A DNA stretch of 64,000 nt from assembly GCA_963737155.1 (NCBI GenBank), contig CAVTRN010000001.1, positions 1,408,001 through 1,472,000 on the forward strand, given 5' to 3'. The DNA comes from Nitrospirota bacterium. Its GTDB lineage: Bacteria > Nitrospirota > UBA9217. How positions within the stretch are numbered: position 1 is the first letter of the stretch; each line of letters begins with the position of its first letter. Position numbers and translations under genes: made by a program. The notes under the pieces were generated by a model. The model was not told the origin of the DNA and searched no databases. It saw only the letters and a program-made list of their open reading frames with translations. This document shows positions 56,903 to 64,000 of the stretch, piece after piece.

Positions 56903-57213
56903 CGTTAACCGGCAGCAGCACTGTTCGGCTGCCGTCCTAGTATGTGGAAATAAAATACTATGGTTTCAGGAACGGTTGAACAATAAGATCAGGGTGATAA
57001 AGCGCCAAGCCTATGGTTATCGAGATGAAGGATATCTTTGTCTCAAAATTCTGACCTGTATGTTGTCTTACATTTGGCCAAAAACGGCTTAAATTTACCC
57101 ACAAGTATTGCAAAAGATCCACAATATTTTGTCATAAAAGGCAAGGCAGGGAACGCTTCCCTGTTTTACTTTTATTCTGGATGTTTCCTCAACAATTTGC
57201 TACTCTACTGCCC

Positions 57214-58500
57214 ATGTTGATACGCACCTCCGCTTCGCGCAATCCCTGGTCCTTCCTTCCCACGCTTTACTTCGCCGAGGGCCTGCCGTATGTACTTATC
57301 AATACGGTGTCCGTTATCCTGTACAAGCGCATGGGCATCGATAACGCAGACATTGCCTTTTGGACAAGCTGGCTTTATCTTCCATGGGTCATCAAGATGT
57401 TTTGGGGCCCCTTTGTGGACGTATATTCCACCAAACGAAAGTGGATCCTTGCCACGCAAACGGCGATGAGCCTCTGTATGTTGCTCATCGCCGTTTCACT
57501 CAGGTCCGATGAGTTCTTTTATCTGTCCCTAGCAGCTTTCCTTGCAGGCGCATTCGTCTCCGCGACCAATGACATTGCTACGGACGGGTTCTACATGCTT
57601 GCGTTGCCGGAAAAAGAGCAAGCCCTCTTTGTGGGACTGCGGGCGGGTTTCTACCGGCTAGCAATGATCTTCGGTACGGGTTTCCTGGTCTATGTCGCTG
57701 GTATGCTCGAGATGTCGAGCGGCAATATCTCCTGGAGCTGGTCGATGGTCATGGTATTATCGGGGGTGATATTTGCCGCCGTAGCCGTATATCACAATTT
57801 TTTACTACCCTTTCCTGCAAGAGACGGCCGCCGAACTGCTGTTGAGAAGGACAACGAATCGTCCTTTGGAGAGGTCATTCGCGCTTACTTCAGACAGGAA
57901 AAGATCGGCGTCATGCTGGCATTCATTCTGTTCTACCGCTTGGGCGAAGCAATGCTCCTGAAACTGGTTTCACCTTTCCTGCTTGATCAAGGCAGTGCAG
58001 GGGGGCTTGGGCTCACGACTGAGGAGGTCGGGCTGGTTTACGGGACAATAGGCGTTGTTTGCCTGGTAAGTGGTGGTATCCTCGGAGGTTGGCTTATAGC
58101 GCGGTTCGGTTTCAGGCGGTGCGTCTGGCCCATGGTGGTCATCATGCATCTACCGGACCTCTTGTTCGTGTATATGGCTTATGCGCAGCCCGGAATTGGC
58201 TTTGTCTATCCTCTAGTGGCGCTGGAGCAGTTTGGATACGGTCTGGGCTTCACGGTGTTTACGGTTTACCTCATGTACTCAGCAACGGGTAAATATAAAA
58301 CATCGCATTATGCCATCTCAACAGGGATTATGGCGCTTGGTATGATGTTGCCGGGGTTTATAAGCGGTTGGCTCCAACAGTCGCTAGGGTACAGAAGTTT
58401 TTTCATCATCGTCTGCTTCTTGACCATTCCCGGCATGCTGACCATCCCGTTTCTTCCTAAAGACCGCTTGGAAATGTCGAAAGAAGTGCCAGAATCGTAA
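57214..58500 (+). CDS. ampG: AmpG-family MFS muropeptide transporter
   Basis: LYFAEGLPY, LPWVIKMFWGPFVD, SATNDIATDGFY; hydrophobicity pattern of an MFS transporter. Confidence 0.88.
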   Translation: MLIRTSASRNPWSFLPTLYFAEGLPYVLINTVSVILYKRMGIDNADIAFWTSWLYLPWVIKMFWGPFVDVYSTKRKWILATQTAMSLCMLLIAVSLRSDEFFYLSLAAFLAGAFVSATNDIATDGFYMLALPEKEQALFVGLRAGFYRLAMIFGTGFLVYVAGMLEMSSGNISWSWSMVMVLSGVIFAAVAVYHNFLLPFPARDGRRTAVEKDNESSFGEVIRAYFRQEKIGVMLAFILFYRLGEAMLLKLVSPFLLDQGSAGGLGLTTEEVGLVYGTIGVVCLVSGGILGGWLIARFGFRRCVWPMVVIMHLPDLLFVYMAYAQPGIGFVYPLVALEQFGYGLGFTVFTVYLMYSATGKYKTSHYAISTGIMALGMMLPGFISGWLQQSLGYRSFFIIVCFLTIPGMLTIPFLPKDRLEMSKEVPES

Positions 58501-58511
58501 CCTCAAGAGAA

Positions 58512-59144
58512 ATGAACTCTCTCGCCACTAAACCGTAAGAACGATTGTAGCGGGGGTTTCAAGGTTCCCGACGGAGGCGACCTGGAGGCATTTGCCCTCA
58601 TACTGTCTTACTTCCATCTCCCCGCGCGTGACTTCGGACCGTTCCGGCCCTAGTTGCTGCTTTTTCTTTAACCGCATGGCACGCGTTGTTTGCATTACAG
58701 CAATCTCGCCGGCAACCAGCATCTGGGTTCCCCTGTTTTTGACAGAGCGGGATGCATTAAAGTCGGCGTTTGCTGCAAATCCGCAGCGTTGGCATTCGAA
58801 TATCGCCTGAGATTGGAGATTATTAAGGTGAGTGTGCAAACGGTTCGAACACGCCTACGACGTGCCGTGTGGCGGGACGACTATGACGAGCTTGTTTTCT
58901 CTTCTGGCTATGTAGGCGAGGCGGTGAGCAGCTTTATATTGCCCCAGAGGACTCCAAAATCGTTTTATTGAGGCCTGACTTGGCGGCAGCTCCGTTGGGA
59001 AGGCATGTACTGGTACCATTTTCCGCTAGTTTAGGTTCCGGTGCTTTGGTTATGTTCTCGCCTTTAAGATCCTCTAATACAATGCTCTGCATCGGAATCT
59101 ATATATCCCCCCTCTGGGAGACGGGGTTTTTTTCGACATGGATG
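58512..59144 (-). mobile_element. internally deleted IS605/IS1341 element retaining the 3' part of tnpB
   Basis: Minus strand: TTAT target, guide AAAA plus hairpin CCCCGTCTCCCAGAGGGGGG; right end GAAA, hairpin, TCAT. Confidence 0.8.
58528..59092 (-). pseudogene. tnpB: tnpB C-terminal remnant
   Basis: IVLEDLKGENITKAPEPK..LPNGAAAKSGLNKTIL (RuvC-II), frameshifts, then FECQRCGFAANADFNASRSV (Zn knuckle/RuvC-III). Confidence 0.85.
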
Positions 59145-59244
59145 ATAAAATTGTCTCTATGTCTGGGGAGACAATGTAAATAATAAGAGCTTAACACAAA
59201 TAGAAATGCGGATATCATAGTGGATAGACGGCGTGTGGATGCAG

Positions 59245-59745
59245 TTAATCCTTCGTATCTATCGATTTTCCTTCTGAGAGGTCTTCAATTTTTCTGGCTT
59301 CCGCAGCCTTGGTTAACAGTTCTCCACGACTTTGCATCGCCTTTTCTGCCGCATCAGGGTCCTTCTTGAGTTCATAACTCGCTACAAGTGCTTCGTAATA
59401 ATGGGCCTCCTCGGTATAACTTCGCGATCGACGCAGAACTCCTTCCTTGAGCTGCGACTCCTCCTTGATAATTCGCTGCAACACTGCAATGGCATCATCT
59501 GGCCTGTTTTCCGAATTATATGCCACGGCTAGCCGGTAATCGAGGAACCGCAGCTGGCTTTCAAGGATCGCGGCATATAAAGGGTCCTGCTTCGCTCGTG
59601 TATTGTCTTTCGAATGTGCGAGATCAGCTCTCTCTGCTGCTATGATGGCGCTTTCCGGCTTTGATGGTTCTTTTATCAAAAAGAGGACCAGAAAAACCGC
59701 AGCGACGAGGATAAAAAACGCGATTATTTTGATATGTGGTTTCAA
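59245..59745 (-). CDS. membrane-anchored hypothetical protein with TPR-like helices
   Basis: N-terminal TM helix; YRLAVAYNSENRPDDAIAVLQ TPR-like segment. Confidence 0.65.
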   Translation of the reverse strand: MKPHIKIIAFFILVAAVFLVLFLIKEPSKPESAIIAAERADLAHSKDNTRAKQDPLYAAILESQLRFLDYRLAVAYNSENRPDDAIAVLQRIIKEESQLKEGVLRRSRSYTEEAHYYEALVASYELKKDPDAAEKAMQSRGELLTKAAEARKIEDLSEGKSIDTKD

Positions 59746-60199
59746 GGGAAGACGTCCTTACGCTCGCCAGGGCGAACAGGATAGGAGTTTAAGATCAGGC
59801 TATATGATGAAAAAGATAATACAACATAAAGGAAAAGGCAAGGGAAAAGCAACATCCCGAAGGTTGCGGAGTTTTATATTTTATGATAATACTATCGAGG
59901 ATGATGGTCAGGTTGCGGAGAATTCGTTATTCATTAAAGGGGCTCCTCAGCAGAATCTGTGGATAAAAAATCAGCATTTAAGGAAAAGTCTCGCATTCCG
60001 GCATAACCATTATGCTAATTTATAGTTGCATTGACGTCACATTTGCCATTGCTGTCTTTATTCATCGTTGCTTACAACGCAGGTGATAAATCTCACTGTG
60101 ACATTTATTAGCCTATTCGCTAGTGATGAGATCTTGCAATCACGCGTAATTACAGAACAAATACGGAATCGTAATCTAAAAAATATCCACAGATTCAGC

Positions 60200-60640
60200 G
60201 GAGGAGGCATTAAAGGCATCTGGCCGTTTCAACCAGTACCTTGCGAAGGGTCCAGCTCATGCGAAGCACTCCTTGAATTTGCTTTCAGTCCATACGAACT
60301 CGTCCCTGATCAAGATTGATTTTATTTGATTATTTTTATTCTGGAAAAGCTGGATGTTGCCGATGTAGATTGCCTCATCGTCGGGTTTGACCTCAAGCCG
60401 TTAAAACTGTCAAGTTTGTCTTTCTTGAAATCCCTAAGTTGTCTCCCGCCATACAGGACAAAAATGTTTCTGAACTCCCACGACTTGTACGTTTTAAGCT
60501 TCCGATCCCCCTCCTGAAGCTACGGATGCAGTTTGATTCGGTCGAAATTTAACGCTTTGGCCGGCCACCACGTTCATGATGCTTGTCACTTGCTGCACCG
60601 AACCTCTGGAAAGGCCTGCGCCCGCTTCGAGCATATCATG
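60200..60640 (-). pseudogene. possible decayed hypothetical gene
   Basis: Protein-like fragments in shifting frames (LEVKPDDEAIYIGNIQLFQNKNNQIKSILIRDEF); family not recognised; boundaries approximate. Confidence 0.3.
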
Positions 60641-60685
60641 CTGAATAAAGCTGATTAATTGTGTGCGCATCATTTGCAGCCCCGC

Positions 60686-61159
60686 CTATTCAACGATCGT
60701 CACCACCATGCCCGCCCCCTGTCCCGCGATCCTTCCTGCGACTGTGCCGAGTACATTCTTCGGTGAGTGATGGGATCTCCCTACGACGATGGCCCGGCAG
60801 TTGCTGTCCTTTGCCTCTTCGAGGATACTGTCGGCAACATCCGTCGAGTCGGACACAAATTTCGTCCGGATTCTTGCGGTCGGCATCCCCTTTGCGGTAA
60901 GCGTATTCACGGCCTTGCTAAACAGCGGTTCTATCTTGGCCTTCTGAGCGAGAAGCCATTTATCCACGACCTTAGATCGATCCTGCTTCTCATCATCGGA
61001 CAGGATATGTCCCTCATCCCAGAAAATCGCGGGAAGGTTCGGGAGCACATGCACGAGGCTGACTTCCAAATCGTCGTCAAGGCCGAATTGCTGTGCTACA
61101 TATTCAACCGCTTTCATGGCGCTCTGTGATTCATCCAATGCTATCAGCATCTTTGTCAT
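60686..61159 (-). CDS. universal stress protein (UspA family)
   Basis: KMLIALDESQSAMKAVEY, LVHV, ILEEA..IVVGRS..LGTVA. Confidence 0.9.
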   Translation of the reverse strand: MTKMLIALDESQSAMKAVEYVAQQFGLDDDLEVSLVHVLPNLPAIFWDEGHILSDDEKQDRSKVVDKWLLAQKAKIEPLFSKAVNTLTAKGMPTARIRTKFVSDSTDVADSILEEAKDSNCRAIVVGRSHHSPKNVLGTVAGRIAGQGAGMVVTIVE

Positions 61160-61306
61160 TTTTCTTCCTCCAGGGTACTTTTATTGTAGCGTCGGATCAG
61201 GGCCGATAGTCGCGGCTGTCGCCCGAAAACACCATATATAATGAGGATAATATATCCTGAGGGAAAAGGCAAGGGCGGTTCTGGAAAAAAAAGAAGGGGA
61301 AAACCG

Positions 61307-61657
61307 TTAATATGTGCCGTCACCCTGAATCGATCGCACGAACTGCTCCGCAAGCCGTCCGTTCCTGCCCCCAGCAGCAAGGGCCCACTGGATCGCGAGT
61401 CGCTCAAGCTTGTTCCCGTCCATGCGGACGCCATACTTCGTAGCGTAGGATGTGACTATCTCCAGGTAGGTATCCTCGGAAAAGTGGTAAAAGCCAAAGC
61501 GCAGGCCGAAACGATCCACAAGCGAGATCTTCTCCTCCACCGTATCGGAAGGCCGAATCTCGTCGCTGTCATTGTCCGAGAACCTCGTGGTGATCAGATG
61601 TTTCCGATTCGATGTTGCATAGAACAGTACGTTTGCCGGGATTTGTTCCAGACCGCC
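61307..61657 (-). pseudogene. 3' half of a DUF815-family AAA+ ATPase gene, interrupted by the transposon
   Basis: GGLEQIPANVLFYATSNRKHLI..DTVEEKISLVDRFGL..YLEIV..GRNGRLAEQF; the family match stops abruptly at the TGT transposon end. Confidence 0.88.
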
Positions 61658-61848
61658 TGTCACAAACAATAATAAAAGAGACTGATAGTAATTTTATATT
61701 TTAATTAACCTATTGTAAATATGAATTAAAATAATTAACCATATCCTTGCCAATACAAAAATAATACATTATATAATTAAACTATAACATAATATAACGA
61801 TACAACATTTAATATTAACAATATATATTGATAACAAGTTGCAGTAAG

Positions 61849-61877
61849 TTGACAATAATATTATTTTCATTTATAAT
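61849..61877 (+). promoter_or_regulatory. tnsA promoter
   Basis: Perfect TTGACA-N17-TATAAT; the ATG begins 7 nt after the -10. Confidence 0.75.
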
Positions 61878-61883
61878 TAAATC

Positions 61884-62558
61884 ATGCCAGCACGCAAAAT
61901 ACGCAGAAATTACAGGTCGGTAACTGGAATTTTCCCCAGCATATTCAAAAATGGTCGGGGTGTCGCTTACGAGTCCCCTTTGGAGAGGGATTTTTTTACT
62001 CTATTGGAGTTCGATGATAATGTGAAAACATATGAGGAGCAACCAGTGAAGATACTTCATAAGAAGGGTCGAAAAACGATACCCTATTACCCCGATTGTC
62101 TCATTACTTACATACCCGAAATAAAGCGAAAGGATCTTCTCCTGGATGTCAAGGATACGGACACTATTGAGAAAACTAAAGATGATTACGAATATAGGCG
62201 TGATGTCGTCGCGCGTTACGCAGAAGAACACGGACAAGATTATGCAGTTTTTACAGAGAAGGAAATCCGGACAGTGTACCTTAAAAACGTGAAGTTTCTC
62301 TATCGCTTCGCTCGTGCTCCACAGAATCTCAATGAAGTGCAAATGATGATCAAGGGCAGCGGGGTTGCTGGTGCGCTTCTTGCCGTAAACGAACTTCTTG
62401 CAAAGTTGACACCGGACAAGAAGCGACAAATGGAAATACTACCTTCAATTTGGCATCTTGTGTGTATCAAAAAGATATCTACGAACTTAGACGATAAAGA
62501 ACTAAATATGAAATCCATCCTGAATGTAACCAATGATACGCGACAACGGCAGAGATGA
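61884..62558 (+). CDS. tnsA: Tn7-like transposase endonuclease subunit TnsA
   Basis: RKIRRNYRSVTG, ESPLERDF, EEQP, YYPD..DVK (PD-(D/E)xK), TEKEIR, C-terminal IWHLV. Confidence 0.92.
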   Translation: MPARKIRRNYRSVTGIFPSIFKNGRGVAYESPLERDFFTLLEFDDNVKTYEEQPVKILHKKGRKTIPYYPDCLITYIPEIKRKDLLLDVKDTDTIEKTKDDYEYRRDVVARYAEEHGQDYAVFTEKEIRTVYLKNVKFLYRFARAPQNLNEVQMMIKGSGVAGALLAVNELLAKLTPDKKRQMEILPSIWHLVCIKKISTNLDDKELNMKSILNVTNDTRQRQR

Positions 62559-62756
62559 CGAAAAAAAAGACAGTACATGGTAAGCGCTTCTCGGTGTGAC
62601 TGTTTGGTACTAATCGGCAGTAACAGATTAGCATATCCCGTTTTGACTGTGTTCGCCGATCCGTGGAGCAAATCGTCAGGATAGATATGGCTTACATCGA
62701 AAGGCGCTAAATGCTGCGGTTGATACTCAGTAGATAGTCGTTCCTGAGGTTATAAT

Positions 62757-64000
62757 ATGGGCTTAGTATCCTTCACACCTGGAAGTATAGTTTATTCGGG
62801 AAAAGACCGTTATGAGGTAGTGGCAACATCTGATCTCAAGAACGTTTTGGTCAAAAAATCGGACACAGGCGAGAATAAAATCCTACCCGTTGCTTCCTTG
62901 AGATCTACTCCCGAAGAGGATAGCCCAGCAGACAGCGGAATCAGTACTGTTGGGCACATCGATGACAAACTATGGGCATTAGCTCTTTGGCGTCAAGAAG
63001 TGATTAAACCTCTTTTGAAGAATGGACGCACCAAAAGTGAGGTTATCGCACGTGCGAAACATTTTGAAGTCAGTCCGGTAACTGTCTACCGATGGATTGC
63101 CGATTTTGAGACTACAGGCACTACCAGCGCCTTGGTTCCGAAATACGATCAGCGTGGAGGCAGCGGAAAAACCAGATTTAACAAAAATGGGGAAGAAATT
63201 ATCAGTGCAACCTTGACAAAACTTTACCTTAACAAACAACAGTTGAAACCCACGAAAGTATACGATGAAATAAAAAGACTTTTTTCTCTCGCCAAGCTTA
63301 CCCCACCTCACATGAATACGATGATTAACAGAATCAAAACGTTTTCTAACAGGGAAGTGGCGGCGGCCCGTAAAGGCAAAAAATGGAGTCAAGACCACTT
63401 TGAGGAAAAAACAGGGCATTATCCAGGAGGCAAGTATCCGCTTGATGTCATACAGATCGATCACACCATGCTTGATGTCCATATTGTTGATGAGAAGCAC
63501 CGCGAGGTATTAGACCGTCCATGGCTCACGGTCGCAATCGATGTATTCTCGAGGGTGATCGTTGGTTTCTATATATACCCGGACCATCCAAGCTATTTCT
63601 CTGTGTCCCAATGCCTCGCCAATGCGTTTCTACCAAAAGACAAGTTTTTAAGATCAGTCAATGTCGAGGGCAACTGGGATGTCTGGGGCCGACCTTTTTC
63701 GATCTTCGCCGATAACGCCTGGGAGTTTCAGGGGGTCAATCTTAAGAGAGTATGCGCTGAATACGATACAATTCTTGAATGGCGACCAGTGAAGCACCCG
63801 GAATACGGCGGACATATTGAGCGCCTTTGCGGTACGCTTAACAATGAGATACATAGCCTGCCAGGAACGACATTTTCTAACATCCAAGCTAAAGGACAGG
63901 CGTATAACTCAGAGAAAGAAGCTGTAATGACAATCGCCGAACTTGAACATTGGTTCACTGATCTCGTAGTAAACACTTATCACAAAAGACCTCATTCAGG
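62757..64000 (+). CDS. tnsB: Tn7-like DDE transposase TnsB (TniA), runs off window end
   Basis: Manual translation MGLVSFTPG..SPVTVYRWI (HTH)..PLDVIQIDHT..RPWLTVAIDVFSR..ADNAWEF..YGGHIERLCGT..LPGTTFSN..YHKRPHS; not in the ORF track. Confidence 0.93.
   Translation, partial: MGLVSFTPGSIVYSGKDRYEVVATSDLKNVLVKKSDTGENKILPVASLRSTPEEDSPADSGISTVGHIDDKLWALALWRQEVIKPLLKNGRTKSEVIARAKHFEVSPVTVYRWIADFETTGTTSALVPKYDQRGGSGKTRFNKNGEEIISATLTKLYLNKQQLKPTKVYDEIKRLFSLAKLTPPHMNTMINRIKTFSNREVAAARKGKKWSQDHFEEKTGHYPGGKYPLDVIQIDHTMLDVHIVDEKHREVLDRPWLTVAIDVFSRVIVGFYIYPDHPSYFSVSQCLANAFLPKDKFLRSVNVEGNWDVWGRPFSIFADNAWEFQGVNLKRVCAEYDTILEWRPVKHPEYGGHIERLCGTLNNEIHSLPGTTFSNIQAKGQAYNSEKEAVMTIAELEHWFTDLVVNTYHKRPHS

Larger units (their letters stand above)
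54812..56975 (+). mobile_element. IS607-like tnpB-only element inserted at GG
   Basis: Left junction ..TAGGGGG|TTCTC; right end ..TTTCAGGAACGG|TTGAAC where the ISL3 frame resumes; no tnpA; 3' hairpin CGGCAGC..GCTGCCG at 56910-56934. Confidence 0.7.
54749..57120 (+). mobile_element. internally deleted ISL3-family relic hosting nested insertions
   Basis: Imperfect IRs GGCGCTTTTGCCAAT (54749) and ATTGCAAAAGATCC (ends 57120); 56976 onward encodes LNNKIRVIKRQAYGYRDEGYLCLKILTCML, an ISL3 transposase C-terminus; no TSD found. Confidence 0.7.
61658..64000 (+). mobile_element. Tn7-like transposon (Tn6022/AbaR-type), tnsA-proximal end; continues beyond the window
   Basis: Terminal TGTCACAAACAATAATAAAAGAGACT, AT-rich end with repeated ACAATAATA, then tnsA and tnsB. 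Confidence 0.9.

Noticed and set aside
56892-57092. 66-aa ORF after tnpB
   Set aside because: Chimera of the tnpB element's right end and the ISL3 C-terminal remnant, not a real gene.
54660-57180. CRISPR array or Cas12 locus around the TnpB-like gene
   Set aside because: No regularly spaced direct repeats; the three TGCTGTCYAA motifs are irregularly spaced and lie inside a MITE.
59603-60025. 140-aa plus-strand ORF
   Set aside because: Overlaps the 59245-59745 gene antisense and runs through AT-rich promoter DNA; no motifs.
61658-61669. TTG in the transposon end, in frame with the DUF815 3' half, as a gene-rescuing start
   Set aside because: No RBS or clear outward promoter, and the fragment lacks the Walker motifs.

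Overview
Bacterial chromosomal window; the sequence style and gene content suggest Nitrospirota or a Desulfobacterota-like lineage (inference). Positions 1-1578 hold the end of an IS4/Tn5-type element whose transposase carries an N-terminal DUF4338-like domain. From 1.9 to 38 kb is the core translation/transcription supercluster: cysS, rlmB, five tRNAs, two apparently identical tuf genes, rpmG-secE-nusG-rplKAJL-rpoBC, and the str, S10, spc (no adk) and alpha operons. From 38 to 61.6 kb is an accessory/metabolic region: decayed REC-GAF-HD-GYP and PAS genes, a porin, a PAS hybrid kinase, fchA-folD, ccdA-merR, a moaD-moaE fusion, a lemA relic, mqnBD, aroCKB, ampG and usp. This region also contains three TnpB-lineage elements. 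One is a 251-bp IS200/IS605 relic that silently replaced the folD stop codon. The second is a triple-nested structure: a MITE inside an IS607-like tnpB element inside an ISL3 relic. The third is a 633-bp IS605 relic. The window ends in a Tn7-like (Tn6022-type) transposon with tnsA and tnsB, inserted inside a DUF815 AAA+ ATPase gene, which is a candidate new attachment site. No rRNA genes or CRISPR arrays were seen.
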